Of a stretch of 64,000 bases of DNA, positions 36,422-50,692 are shown in pieces. Position 1 is the first letter of the stretch. Each line of letters opens with the position of its first letter. The position numbers and the translations under genes are program-made. The DNA comes from Lingula anatina (Eukaryota; Animalia; Brachiopoda), in assembly GCA_051362555.1 (NCBI GenBank), contig CM120640.1, positions 43,626,788 to 43,690,787 on the forward strand. Reading direction: 5' to 3'. The notes under the pieces were generated by a model. The model worked only from the letters and a program-made list of their open reading frames with translations. It had not been told where the DNA came from and did no database searches.

Positions 36422-37931
36422 CTAGAGCACTATTGTAAGAACCAAATTCACGACCAAGAACACCACAAAAAGTAAGCGATCTACGGTCACTGCTAGTGCC
36501 CTCCAATCAGCACTAATTACGTCATGAACTCGAGGCACTGTCAATACATTGTATCTATCATTGACGTCAAAGGCACCATTTTCCAGTTCCTGTACCGGAT
36601 CGTGCATCTGGAGTTGCGACATTTGCTGTATGGTGGAGACATCTGGTTGGTGAGGGGTGTATGAATCTCTATTGACGCACAAAACTCGCGCAAGCCAACC
36701 CAGAAAGACCTGTGAAATAAATATGAAATTTCATTTTTTTTTTTCATGTAACTGAATCATATAACAAGGCAGTAAAGCTGTCAAAAAGCAGCCAATAAGG
36801 ACGCACTAAATAGGTGATTTTGTTAATTTTCATGCATTAATACAATATGCTTACAGGGATAAAAACTGACCTTTTCAGCCAAATAAATGGACTTTCCTGG
36901 TAGAAATTAGATATGTATTTTAGTTCTAGGAATCATTTCTGTAAATTTCATAATCTTAAATATCATGGTTCTTTTTCAATGGTTATTATGGCAACAGTGC
37001 CCAAAATATTACATCATAAAATTATGCTTAACAGCATTATCAACACCAATTTTAATAATATAACATAAGTATCAAAGATATTCAGAAATAGTGACTAGCA
37101 GTGGTCTTCAAGACCACGGAATTTCAATGTTACACCATGAAAATGCCAATATGTGAAAAGTGAACATTTTACAAAAAATGCGTAACTTCAAGGAAAACAA
37201 TTCGATCAGTTTGTTTTTCGAACTCGTCCTGTATTTTAGAAATACTGATCGCTCTTGTAAGTTTGAAGACAACTGGCTTTCACTTAGAAATGTGTTATCT
37301 GTATTGCATATATGCATATATGAAAGGGGAAAAGGGATAACTTTTGAAAAAGATGGTCCGATAAAGCTGATTTCCAAACTCGATCTATATATTATGAATC
37401 TTCATCAGTACGGTAAGTTTGATGACAAAAGGTAAAACGGTTTTCCACCTATCTGTTATCTCTGAAAGTGCACGGCGCAGGTGTAGACGCAGGTGACGGC
37501 TATATATATGTACAGACACATCTGTGTCTCTATATAAAAACAGACATATATGTGCAAAATTACATAAGGAAAATGTTTTTCTATATGTGCAAAACTAAAG
37601 CTTAACCAAGATATCAGAAAACAAAATTGACCTAAAATCAACATAAATGTGTACTAGCCGTTTTTAAAAGAGGGGGCATTTCTCTCTTTGCCCTAGGTGC
37701 ATATTCCCAGCAACATGTCGTCAGAACACCAATCCCCAATGATATCGTTACTAAAATCATGCCAGTGACGTAGACCATAGCTACAAAATAAAATGAGAAA
37801 TCAACACATATTAGAAATACGATATTGTCAGTGTATGGAACTTGGAAGTAAGAAATGATAGCTTAAAAGATTATAATACCCAATCGATGTAGGAAAATTC
37901 GATTTTTTTTACTTTCAGGCTTTGATTTTAA

Positions 37932-37994
<63 letters not shown>

Positions 37995-38744
37995 CACGTC
38001 ATAACGTGTTTGAATCTTTACCTATCAATGGTACATACGAAAAGGCCGATGGAAGTGTCATCTCCAGCATTAGCAACAAGATTGAATATCCTATGAAAAT
38101 GCCGATACCTATAAAAGAACAATAGGTTAATTTTTTTGCCGTATTATGTACATGATGTAACAAAACGACTGATGAATCTCTAAGAAAATCACTGCTAAAG
38201 TATTTACTATTATTTTCAAACGTTCACAGTTAAGTTAGATTCAACAAAAGACATTAAGCAAGTCAGTTTTTTACTCACTATTTCATGATACTACAGTCTA
38301 CAAGCAGAGCATCAGCCAATACCGTTTGTCCACTGTACAACACGGTTTAATTTATACATGTATATTACCTAAAGTTGTTTTCTGTCTGGTTTCTGGGGGT
38401 AATAGAAACATCAATGGCAGGAGAAGGTTCAATAACATACATGGTGTAACATACACGTATGTATAGTACGTAGTTAAACGTTTCATAGTCAATGTGAATG
38501 TCAAATGGGCGAACCCATGTGCACAGCATGGATACTTGATGACGTCACGTCGGCCGCTTGCCATGGTTACATTCCATTCATGGTGTTCTCGAAATGAGGC
38601 AAGGCTCACGTAGTTTTCAGAACTGTTCCCATTCAGTTGGATGTCAAGCTGCCATAAATAAACAAATTAAACAAGCAATTAACGGTTATGTAAGCTCATA
38701 ATGAGTCGATATAAGCTTCCCTTTTTTTTAATAGGTGTCATTTT

Positions 38745-38781
<37 letters not shown>

Positions 38782-41700
38782 GTGTGTGTGAAGTAAGATA
38801 ATACGCCCACCAACACTGTACCATTGATTCATCGTAAACCCAAGATCCAAACAGCAGCGTGCACTCTTGCGTGTCGTATGGAAACCTGGTCAGGTCATAA
38901 GAGCAGTAGGATTTAAGGCGCATATAAGGAACGTAGTACACAACTCCAGTATTCAGGACGACCGCATTTGCTTCTTGAGTGTATGTATCCCCAAAACTGC
39001 AATATAATAATCAAGACCGTTAAACCTCCGACCTCTTACTAGTTCTCAAATTAATTTTCTCAGAGATGTCTGTATCGGTTGCCTTTATATCTATAGATAT
39101 TTGAAAAAGGCAAGTGATTACATTTATTTGCATCGTGGGGAAAGGAAAAGGCTATACTACAATTTTTTTCCTGTAGCTTCCCCTTTCTCAAATAGTTTTA
39201 TGTCTTGTTTCTCAACCACAAGATATGAATAATGTAGGCGAATATTATACTTTCAGTAGGCGTTTGAATATCTTTCAAAATGTGCAGATTTGCTTGTTGC
39301 AAATTACAGTAATAACACTTAATGTACAAGCCACTATACCACCACACTTTATGACCAATTATCTTCACCCAAAACACATTTTCAGTGGCATTCGAAATCA
39401 GCCTATAATAGTATCAAATTAGAGGAAACTAATTTCTGCGATCAAGTCCTTCACATTATCCTGTTACGTTTAAACACAAGTTAAACCTACTTGTTATACA
39501 GTGTTATGTCCGGTTTCCATAATGAGGCGGCTGGTATTTGCAAAGATTTCACTCCACCATAAAGGTTGGGATCCCAAGAGAGCTGAGGCTCGTTCCATAC
39601 CTTGACATTTATAAGAATGTAAAGTTGGAGATCGTGTGTTAAAGATAAGCAGGTTTGTAAAGTCATTCATTAAATGCTTTCAAAAGAACTTAAACCTTCT
39701 GTGAAATCAATTAATTGGACATTGAACTTGAAAGAAACATATAAAGAATATTGCATCAATAATGTACGTCAGGATAAAGTAAAGATTAAATAGGCCTACA
39801 CTTACCTCATCAGCCCAAACGTTTAATGAAAGTGTATGCGTCTTTAAATCCTTAAAAAGAGCAAAATCTTTCACTAAAGTGGTATTTTCAACAAAGCATA
39901 ATTTATGGCAGTAGTTTGCATTTGACATGAAAATGGAATTTTAGTCGAATTACTGACTTTTCCCTAGCCAAAACGTGTAATGCCAGGCTATCACATTATA
40001 CGTTTAAAATCCAAGAAAAATAACAATGACGAAGCCGGTTTGAAATTTAAGATGCTATTAATAAAACATAACGGTTACGCAGTTGTACAGAAAAGATACT
40101 AAACTTCACAGTGTCACACAATTCTTAGATATCAAATCCAATATTTGCTCTCATTTATCCACAGTCATGCAAAACATCTCAAATACGAGTGGCTGCAATG
40201 GGATTTCCGGTAACATCATTTTCATCATATTTCTTGCCATTTTTTGCATTTCATCTAGCACATATCAAAACCATTTAAGTGCTGCATTTGCAGAAATAAC
40301 AAAATGTGGAGAATGTACAAACCACATCGGCTATGTTGAGGATGGACAGTCCAAACCGAACCGTAACGTTATCACTTGCGTTCCTGGCAGGTCTGATGGA
40401 TTTTACGTAGTTTTTCATCAGGTCTTTATACAGCCGCCTTTCTTGAGTTATGAAACTGCTATTGTCTAAAACAAATGTATACAAATAAATGGACATTTTA
40501 TGTTTTCTGACCAGAGTGTCAAATGAAGGGGTCCGCTATTCCGAAGGTCCGCTATTATGAAGGTCCGCTATTACATGTACGAAAGTACAGATAGAGCGCA
40601 AACAGAACAACACAAAGGTAGCAAATTCTCGCAGTGCAGATTGAAAATAGCGCAAGAGCGTACGTATATGCATACAAGAGCACACTAAACGCAAATGAAT
40701 AGAAATGCATAGAAACTGACTATGGGCTATGGTAGGAATTTCTAACTTTACATACAACATAAATGTGTTGCCGTTAAAAATGTGTTGTTGTAACAAATGT
40801 TTTGTTAAAATTATTTTTAAAAGCAGATTCCTACATAGACATCGACTTGAATAACGATGCTTCCAATAAATATGAAAGCGAGATAACGGAGCATGAAATC
40901 CATATACAAAAGACACCAGTGTGAGCACTGGGTTCGAAAACTTAAAGGATTGATGGTTAAATGCGCTTCTTAAACACAGAGTTCAGTGCCCTGATTACAC
41001 AACTAATACAACTCGTTTAAGCGCAGCTAGCACAACAATAATTTTTTAGAATAGTGGAGCTTCGGAACATGCCCTCAAACTTTCCGAATAGTGGACTTTC
41101 GGAATAGCGGTCGATTTCAGATCAAGACTCCTCAAGTTTTCAAAATAGGGGATCCTCGCAATAGCGGACCCTTGGAAGATAGAGCTGCCCCTGAAATGAA
41201 GGTAATATCAGTGGCATAATGTTATACACTTACTAGGGGAGACCGGGGCTAGTTTGACCCCGGGGTAAGTTGGCCCCCCCATCTAGTCTCTTTAATAAAG
41301 TTACTTTAAGATGCTAAATTATTTCATTTGGACTCACTGCCGACGCTTTCTTAACACTATTGAATACGGTCACTTTACAAAATGATGTGATCAATTCTTT
41401 TACCCCATAGTTACTTTGTCATAAATTTATGGGGGGGGGGGGAGGGGCAACTTACCCCGGGGTCCAACTAACCCCGGTCTCCCCTATTGACCAACGAACA
41501 TTCCGGTGGGTGTTATATAAAGAGGTTGGGATGATCCCTCCCTTCAATGAAAGGATATTACTAGGAAAGCTTGGAGTGGACCGAACAGCCGAAAACACAT
41601 TAATTTAAAAACCTAACAGGCACACCAAAGCAAACCTGGTTAACGATATCCCTTTATAGACCTTTTTTGTATGTGTGATAGAAACCACATTTAGTTCTGG

Positions 41701-42117
41701 ACTTACTCGTGCCACGATTAGACTAGCTAGATGTACAATATTCAGAGTACTGAGATACACACAAGCCATTATCCATGCCACCTGTTTGGTATATAACCGA
41801 TATGAAGATAGCGTTAATATTGTATGGGTAGACGACGTCGGTTGACAGCATTAATATCATGTACGAGTACTTACCACCCATATATATATATACATCACCG
41901 TTACTTTTTCTTTGACGCCCATTTTCTAAATTTGTGGCATTTAAACGTGCAGTGTAGCACATTCAGGGTGCTGTTGTCTCAACACACTTGTCCTTTTCCT
42001 CTCATTTAACCAGTACAGCTTACCTGCGCAAAACACCTGACCTATGACTAGCAAAATGACAGCCTCTAACAACATTGGTATATGCCAAAATTCTTTGCTT
42101 CTGTTGGAAGCAGCCAT
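36422..42117 (-). CDS. Nicotinic acetylcholine receptor alpha-like subunit, copy 2 (~447 aa)
   Basis: Nine exons: 42117-42024, 40465-40323, 39850-39806, 39600-39491, 38996-38822, 38648-38369, 38108-38022, 37780-37659, 36709-36422. Cys-loop CSYDLTRFPYDTQEC and YPCC present; intron phases match copy 1; the last donor is GC. Confidence 0.9.
36762..37540 (-). mobile_element. Single-unit relative of the 16668-20690 HINE, in the last intron of nAChR copy 2
   Basis: Shares the AACAAGGCAG.AAAGCTGTCAAA end, internal blocks and the AGACACATCTGTGTCT palindrome. Confidence 0.75.
37935..37992. repeat. (TA)n microsatellite
   Basis: Direct reading of the sequence. Confidence 0.95.
40527..41193. mobile_element. 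Older non-autonomous DNA transposon resembling the 6-bp-TSD MITE
   Basis: AGGGGTCCGCTATTCCGAAGG repeats at the left end, inverted GGAATAGCGG repeats at the right end, flanked by AAATGA. Confidence 0.65.
41236..41484. mobile_element. MITE with a TA TSD
   Basis: ta-GGGGAGACCGGGG...CCCCGGTCTCCCC-ta with ~45-bp TIRs. Confidence 0.85.
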
Positions 42118-42803
42118 CGCTTCGAGGTTATCTTGTACCAAGACAATTTCTCATTGATTTCTTTAACACCCAGTTGAAGTTCGAAATGACCTGGACCTCT
42201 TAATCAACTGTTGCTTATACAGCTCATACGGCTATATACATATACAAGTATCAGTGTGTGTTGCTATCAAGGTGACCCAGTTTTAACGTGAAACCGTGCA
42301 TTTAACACGATGGTTATAATTCGCCATCCGGCTTGATTTCCCATCTCGCGATGATCGGGAGTCTTGTACAATGTACACTGTATGTATTCGTTGTATGACA
42401 CCAAAGACCGGGAGTTGGCACCTTATGCACGTTCTTTCTTTTAACACCCAAAGCAACTGGAATTCAAGTAGGCGTAAAAAGTGGGTGGATTTAGGTAGAG
42501 AGGCTACCCCCAGAGCTTCTCAGTCTGGATAATCGTTATTGCTGGCGGCGTGTAAATTGTGTCGGCAGCAGGATTAAAGTAAGGACATTAGGGGCGTGCA
42601 ACAATGTGCTTATACCTTTTTTCTCAGTATTTTATTTATTTATTCATTTTTTTTTTAGCTTTGGAACTTATCTATTGATATTTAAATCAGAAGCGAGAAA
42701 ACTTTAATACATACAATATGTAGCTCGTAAAAATTTTAAAATCGATGATGTATTTTTACAAATGTATTAAACGGTTTTTATATACATGTATAATATATAT
42801 ATT

Positions 42804-42845
<42 letters not shown>

Positions 42846-44270
42846 ACTGCATAGCAGGTGTTTTTCCCTTGTTACGTGCACCCTATACCATCTTATCATT
42901 GTAAAGTTACAGTGGAGGCATGATAAAACTTTATTTCTCAATGACCTATTGGAAGGACAGGTACTTCCTATGTTATTTTGAAAATAAATGGAAAAAATGT
43001 AGACAGATTCGTAAATAAGGAAGATTGCAGCATTAAGTAGACGAATCTGATTGGTTGGAATTCAGGTAGATGGTTGCTGTATCTACAACAGGTTGTTCGT
43101 TTTGCAGGGACGTAGTTACATGTAGATCTAAATTTCACACCACACCTGTAATAAGAGAATATAAGCCTTCCGCCGGAAATTACAGTGGTCTAACCACGGC
43201 TATTACTTATGAGTATGCCCATAGCACATTATTGGCTCAGCATCAGAACACTTCTGTGTGAATTAGAGTTGCCAAAGATTAACAATATCCTGTAATTAAC
43301 AATACACGTAAATTTGATATGAAAAGTTACACCAGTTACATCAGGCGCCTAAGCATGGATGAAACGGTAATCAAAACATATGAACACAGGCAAGGAAAAA
43401 TGATTTTAATTTGTGTGAATTTTTCAAATGATTTTCTATATTTTCTATAATTTAATTGTGCATTTCAATTTTTAAGGTAAAGAGTGCAAACACACACAAA
43501 TTGATTAAAGCAATAACAATAATGATGAAGATGAAGATGAAATAAATAAGTGAATGAATAGAAGGATAAATAAAGAAAACATAATAAAAATAAAAAGTAA
43601 AAACAGCTTTAGATATTCAGCATCTTTCTCTTTTCCATTTGTGAACACACATATCGCAAGTAAACAAAAGATGTCATGACATTCAGCAGCAGAAATGTTG
43701 ACATAATACAAGAAATATATTATCTTTTTCAATAAAAAATACACTTGCGAACCTCTTTTATTTCGTACAGTGCGAGCAGAATGGCCGATTTTGAGTGTTC
43801 CGTTTCTCGGCTGCTACTTGCAGGTGTCTTTCAAAGGCAAATTTTTATGTTAGATGAGATATTTTTGCAAAAAGCACAATATGTAATGTTAGGCAACCTT
43901 TGGCAAAGCGTAAATATAACCTATTAAATTTACTTTAATAGTATTTAAGATAGCAGAAATAAAAGTGAAGCATTATTATGAAAAAAATATTGAGAATGAT
44001 ATTGATTCTCATTCTTGGGTGCATAGATAAAGGTGTTAGCTACACTGTGAAGTATCTGGCCTCAAGGCTGTTTTAGGTGATATTATCACGAATGCAAAGC
44101 CCTTCTTTCTTATTTTCACTTACTAGTAATTATCCTAGATTTTGCTTCCTATGCCGATTGCATAACACGTACCACGTTTCTTAATTTATTAACATTTTGG
44201 TATTACTGAAGACCTTTACCCAGTAGAGTGGGTATATTTCGGGAAAAAAAGTAAAATGCTAAGCACGCGA

Positions 44271-45140
44271 TCACACTAAATTTGAACTGTTGTACATTGG
44301 CCATTGTGTTTGTTTTTTTTTTCTAATCACTGAAGCGTGTGAAGTTTCTGTCAACACTGTGGCCCCTCTATATCTGGTGTGAGCACGTCGGCAATTGCTG
44401 GATAACAATTTGCTGAAGGAGGTTCTTAACTTTCCAGACGACCAAATGTAGAAGATTAGATTCAATGCTGAATGGAAATACATCAGTGATGTCACAAGCA
44501 GAACAAGAGAACAAGATAACCAATGCTGTTAGTAAAACCGAGAAAAATCGAAGGGATGTAATTTGAGAAGAACATCGTTGTCAGAATCAGTGCTATTTTT
44601 AAAGTCAAAATGTCTGCTTTTTGTATTGCGACCGAAGCCGTAAGGACAGTGGTCGTGTTATGGGCTGCCCCAGCAACGCCTTGGTTTGTCTCACTGTTGT
44701 TCGTGTCAGTTGGCGCTATACCTATAGATCTACGGGAGCGCAGAGAGCAAAATATCACTGTATAGAATGTAATGCTGACCAAAAAACTGATAACTGCAGC
44801 AATAAAGACTATAAGTCAAGTTTTTCTATCTTCTTTCTCCCTAAGTTCTTTGTAAAACATATGATAAAACGTGTAAATGGTGTCTTTTTTTCTTCAAAAG
44901 GTATGTCATTTGACAGGGAAACATCACGCCGTGGTTGTCGCACTTTTGTTCGTGTCAGTTGGCACTATAACTATAGATCTACGGGAGCGCAAAGAGCAAA
45001 ATATCACTTTGTAGAATGTCATGCTGACCACAAAACTGATGACGGCAGCAATGAAGACTAAAAGCCACGTTTTCTCATTTTCTGTCTCCCTAAATTCCTA
45101 GTGTTTTTGTTCTTCAAAAGGTATGCCGTATGGCAGGGCA
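44271..45140 (-). pseudogene. Truncated, frameshifted copy of the GPCR (TM5-TM7), with the TM5 region duplicated
   Basis: ORFs 44492-44782 and 44271-44495 closely match the C-terminal half of 53016-54083 but lie in different frames. 44945-45140 repeats the TM5 block. TM1-4 are absent. Confidence 0.9.
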
Positions 45141-45429
45141 GACTTGCTTTCTAACCTTTATATGGAGCTTTCTATTTTCAAATTATCGGCCATATTAGAA
45201 ATTAGGAAGGCAATAAAGTTAAAAGATTTTACTATTTATGCGTGGTTTTTATGGCTCTGTTCATTCCAGAAAAAAAATTCCTCTCCCGCCCTGTGGCCTG
45301 ACGTACCAACTACCACATCTGTGGGAGCGGGCCCTAGGAGACATCCTGCGCAGACTGTCATCACGTGACACCGTTACAACTCAAAATTGCTTTGCCTGAA
45401 GAAGGTCTAGTTATTCATGTATTCACCTG

Positions 45430-45575
45430 GGCCCCTTATCTCGAAAGCATTGCGCATTGCGACCAAGTTCAAGCGTCTCGATTCCATAACTCGCTCATAC
45501 TCGCCCCATATAATAGCCTCGAAATAAAAGGTGATATCGCTATTCGCAATTCACGATGCTTTCGAGTTACGAGCC
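45430..45575. mobile_element. PIF/Harbinger-like MITE
   Basis: GGCCCCTTATCTCGAAAGCATTGCG... and ...CGATGCTTTCGAGTTACGAGCC form imperfect TIRs; CTG TSD. Confidence 0.65.
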
Positions 45576-45719
45576 CTGGATAGCCTCATTCCCTGAGGAA
45601 GATGTTCTGTCAGACAACAAAATATTGGACGTAAATCTATTTAAATATTAAGCTGTTGAGTGAAGAAAAATTAATTCATTCTTATAACATAACACAGCGG
45701 ATGAAATTCTTTTCGGACT

Positions 45720-46970
45720 TGTATTTCGTTCTTTTGGTTGATAACCACATCTTTGACGCAAATTTCTTCTCATAACATTTGAATATCGGGGGGTGATAAT
45801 TGAACATCAATAATTATATATACAAGGAATACAAGCAATATCACGGTGATAATCCTGCTTGAATTAGAGTTGCCAAGGATTATCAATAATCTCTAATAAA
45901 CAGCACACGTACATTGTACACTAGATATGAAAAATTACACCTGCTTACAGGTGCCCAAGCTTAGATTACATACTCATGAAACTTTTTCATGTGATTTTTC
46001 TTTGTTTCCCCTTATTTATGTGCCTTTCAGTTTTTTAAAGTAAAAGTGTCCAAACACACACACACACACACAAATTGATAAAAGAAATATCAACAATATG
46101 ATACAGATAAAAGATGGACATGAATAAGTGAATGAATAGATTGATAATAAAAAAAGATAATTCATAAAAATGAAACATATAACAGCTTTATTTTAGATAT
46201 TTAACAACTTTCTTCTTCCCATTTATGACCAAACATATCACATATAACCAAAATGTAGGTTTAAAGCACCAATGTTGGCATACATCATCTTAATATAATC
46301 TTTTTGAATAAATATAAATTTACAAACCTCTTCTATTTCCTAGGAGCAAGAAGAATGGTCATTCTTGAATATATTCCGCTCCTCGTACTGGCAGGTGTCT
46401 TTTAAATGCAAACATTTTATGTTAAATGAGTAATTCTTGCAAAGAAGACACTATGTAATGTTAGGCAATGTTTGCCAAAGTATAAATATAACCTATCAGT
46501 TTTAATGGCATATCAAACAAAAGGAGTAAATGTCAAGATAATTATGAAATAATTAAAGAGAATTCTATTATTCTCATTCTAGGAGCTGAAATGGAGCTGT
46601 TTGTTCCACTGTAAAGTACCTGACCTCAAGGTGGATTCAGGTGACGTTACCGCGAATACATAGGCTATTTTTAGAATTCTCATTTAATTATTGTAGATTT
46701 TTTCTTGCTTTAACTATGCCTTATATACAAAAATACAAGTACAAAATACACGACGTTTCTTATTTATTAAAAATTTATGAGTCAAAGTTTTGGCATTACT
46801 GCAGACTTTTAGCCAGTAGGCCTAGTTGTGGGAGGTATTTCTAAAACTTTTAAGTAAACACGTGATTACCTTACAGTAAGTCTGAACATCGGTCATTGGG
46901 TTTTTCTTTGTTATCAGTGAAGCGTGTGATGGTTCTGTCAACGCTATGGTCCTTCTATCCGTTGTGGGGA
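45720..46970 (-). repeat. Middle copy of the GPCR 3' flank, ending in the last few GPCR codons
   Basis: Colinear with ~51800-53030 and ~43260-44380; homology stops at CTATCCGTTGTGGGG. Confidence 0.85.
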
Positions 46971-46974
46971 AATA

Positions 46975-48000
46975 TTATTTTGGACCTCCATATTTTCCAA
47001 ATTATTGTCTGTAAAGGAGTTACACGCTCCACAAAGTCCAATTTGGTCCAGTTTTGTTGTAGGTCATGTAGGCCATTGATTTGGCGAGTATTGGCCTACC
47101 CACATATTGTCTATGTGGTTCAAATATGGTGATTTTGATGACCAAGGTAGCTGCTCATTCCCTTGGTTCTGTAAGTAATCTGCTATTAAAAGTGCTCTAT
47201 AAGAACCGGCAATCTCACCGTGCAACCTAAAATTGTTCCTATGTTGCCCCCTATCAAATGATAGCCAAATGGTTCCCAGATTATTTCTTTATTTCATCTG
47301 GTTCAGGTTTTCGTCGATGACTACCATTGGTGTTTTGGCACCAATGTGATTTCCATTCCAAATACTGACGTTGTTAATGACCTAAGTCACTTTAGATGCG
47401 GCACACGCTTCGTCGTTGGCCTCTTCTGGATGTAAACTGTAAACTCTGTTTTGACTGTTGAGCGGAACAGGTGGAATCTTACCTCAATACAGAAAGCCAC
47501 GAGATTTCAGTGTTCAACCCAGAAACAGTCAAGGTCCCCAATTCATTAAAGAAACAAACAACGATGTTTTGCTGTTTACAGTGGGTTCCTTGGAGGTCGT
47601 CTGGTATTCTAACCTACTAAAACCAGTTTGGTGTTCTCTAAGGGCCTTGAAAAGTGCATTTTGGTGGCAATTTACCTCTCATTCTGAACGGACTGGGTGG
47701 CTTTTGTTTAGTTGCAACTGCATATCCCGAAAGACAGTGGGTCCTTTGCCCTGGTGGTGGCAATACATTGGGTGTGGCCTCTGTGTAGGTACATCAGTCT
47801 GGGCATTACTCTATAAAATTGTGCGGACCGTTTCGTTTGGCACAATTATCTGTCTGGCAATGCCTGTCTTTTTCGCGCCATTCTGCCACAGATTAACAAA
47901 TTTGTAAAGCACTGCATAGCTCATTTTACACACAGCAAACCAGACCACTTGCATCCAAATTTTAAATTATTCTATGCAGTAGTTGCCGACATATGGATAC
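46975..48000 (-). mobile_element. Decayed Tc1-like transposase
   Basis: Minus-strand fragments GIARQIIVPNETVRTIL (HTH), IWNG...KTPMVVIDENLN and SPYLNHIDNMW (cf. SPDLNPIENxW), with multiple stops. Confidence 0.75.
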
Positions 48001-48279
48001 TTTTTTGAAAGAACCATGCTTTGCCAAACCCAAGCTTTGACCAGCCCAAAGGAGCACTACCCAATTAAATCACTGCATATTACATAATGCAGCAGCGCAA
48101 CAAACCTGGTATTCAGTTAATTGGTAGCGAGACACCTGACTACACACTTCTCCAATCACATATCTTATATGAGATCGGAGTTTGTGAAAAAAAGAATGCA
48201 TTTTCACCTAGGCATACCTTCGAAACCGAAATATTCCATATTAAATGTCAAGTCTGTACATAATGGCAGTAGGAGTGAC

Positions 48280-48322
<43 letters not shown>

Positions 48323-48984
48323 ATATATATATCAGTCTGGACCAACAGCAAATGTAGCCCTGTGAGGTCTCATTTGTAAGATTTCCTTCTAATGTAAGAC
48401 ACTTATTCACCCAACCTCTTCATCCCATGAGCCACTGTCCCCTGTCTCTTGCTTAAAAACCTGCACCTCGCCTCACGAGAGACCCACTCCAGACAGTTCG
48501 TTCACCACTGTTCTGCTACAGGTTTTACCCGTGCCCACAATTTTTGCCTATTTCATTTTAATCTGTTATTAAGGATATTGTTAGCCATTGACAAAACTAC
48601 CTTATTTACTACTTACATAATTTTTTTTTATTAACAGATAAATCTTCAGTGTTCAGTGACTACATTAAACATTTACACACGTGTCATCTTACGGGTGGTA
48701 AGCATAAAAAAGTTAAAAGATTTATCAGTTATTTGTTATCAGTTTGTTAAGTTAATCAGTTTCTTATCCATTCATTTATCCATTTTAAGGAAATTCTAAT
48801 GGCTTTAATTTTAGATCCTTACCAACCCAATGAATCAAAATGTTTCTTTTTTTCACACCTTAAACTGTTTATAGCGTCATATAAGATTGCTTCGCTTCAG
48901 CAGTTTGTGTATTAGTGAACTAAAAAAGAATCCTAACATATTTAATTGCCATTATTTCACGTAGTATAAGTTTTAAAATCTCTC

Positions 48985-49690
48985 GTGGTACAAGACAGTG
49001 TAGTATTTTATCTCTAATTCTTTTTTACATATTCATTAACGATTTGCTAAGGGAATTATCCGCTATGAACTCTGGAGTTTCATTCGGAAAGAACACGTTT
49101 AATAATATTACTTATGCAGATGACATTACAATTTTCTCTACTACTGTGCCTTCGCTCCAGTTGTTAGTTAATGCTTGCCATGACTTCTCCCTGTGTTGGA
49201 GATAGAAACTCAGCCTTAAGAAATCTAAATGTATGAAAGCCTTATTGAAATCACACCCAACATGGGCTTTTAGGACAGAATCTCATGGAAAATGCAGATT
49301 TTTTAGATATTTTAGGTGTGACATTTAATAACGTGTGTAATGCTGATGATCATATAACAAACAGAGTGAATTCTGCCAATAGGGAATTTCATAAAATAAT
49401 GTCACAGGGTGTCAATTTTCCAGGTTTAGATACAAAACCCAAGGCCTACTTGTGGCAATCTACTGTAGCTCCATTGATGTTTTATGGTCTTTATGCCCTA
49501 TGCACTACGTCCAAGGATTTAAAAATTATCGATAAAACTGCAAAACAAACACATAACAGTTCTATGTTCCTTTGCCCTAGGTCTCATACCCCACATCTTT
49601 TAAAAGCTTTAGATATTTATAAATGCTTTTTACTTTTAATGTTTACCCTGTTAGTATTCGTACTCTACACACTCCGTCCTCAGGTCTAAC
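48985..49690 (+). mobile_element. Decayed non-LTR retrotransposon RT fragment
   Basis: GTRQCSILSLILFYIFINDL...YADDI...KSKCM...LGVTF, with a stop and a frameshift. Confidence 0.85.
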
Positions 49691-49930
49691 AGACAGTATC
49701 AGATTTTTAATAAACCGGGCAGGATATAATGCGGGTGCATTTAAATATACTGTAGCATGGTTCAACTTTTAACAAAAGCTTTAAAAAATTTATTCATTTT
49801 TTTTTTACTCCTTTATCCTATATTTTCACCTGAACATATTCTAGAAGGATTTTATTACTTATATTAGAACGATTGTATAATGTGATTTTATTATGGGAAT
49901 TGACCGTTCCCGATGACTTTTTACAGTTAA

Positions 49931-50692
49931 GGCCACACTTTTTTATTTTTATGGATGACATCAAATTCATTTCTAGGATTACTTTCAAATTACACGCCAA
50001 TTAATTATACATAGCCATAAAGAGAACGGGGCCGTCGTTTTGGATTGTTATGCCATTGATATTGGGCATGGAGATATCACCTTTTTACAATTATGCATTC
50101 TGTCCAAAACAGCATAGATCTATACTAGGTTTTTTGTAGCGAAAAAAGGGTCGACAAGGGCGTCGAGGTATTTGGTGAGCTGAAGGTCGGTCAGGCCACC
50201 CGACAGTTTGGCTGCTTCGTGTGAATCGAAGTAGACCAAATGGCATCGACCGAAATGACCTTTTATAGATTTGGTACTATTAAGCATATCTTTGCATCAT
50301 TTTTTAACATTTCTGTGAAGTGTTCATAATGCTTGATATTCTGAGAGTTCAAATAAAGACAAACTGTATATTTGTTTTATTGATTGCTATACCAACAAAA
50401 TGCATGAAATAACCTTAAATAGATTTGGTAATATGCAGCATATCTATTCATGACTTTTGTTTTACCTTTCTACGAAGTATTCACAATGCTTTAATATTTT
50501 GAGAGCATGGATAAAGACATATTGTTAGTTTGATACGTGTTTCTGTGGTAAAGTTGTGTTTCCAGCTTTGTACTGACAGCATTCCTTTACTTAAGCAGTA
50601 TTTTTTTTTTGGACTGTTTTTTTTTTCACCCTCTCGCACCGATTTAGGGGTCCCCAGAGGATGTCATCCATAAAAATAAAAAAAGTGTGGCC
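49931..50692. mobile_element. Zator-like non-autonomous element
   Basis: 33-bp TIR GGCCACACTTTTTTATTTTTATGGATGACATC with a TAA target duplication. Confidence 0.8.

Noticed and set aside
40925-40995. tRNA-like GTTCGA box
   Set aside because: No convincing cloverleaf; at most a decayed SINE-like head within a repeat.
41707-41782. Possible extra (poison) exon in nAChR copy 2 intron 1
   Set aside because: Good donor but weak acceptor, an in-frame stop, and no counterpart in copy 1.
47458-47907. 149-aa plus-strand ORF
   Set aside because: Antisense to the decayed Tc1 transposase; non-ATG start.
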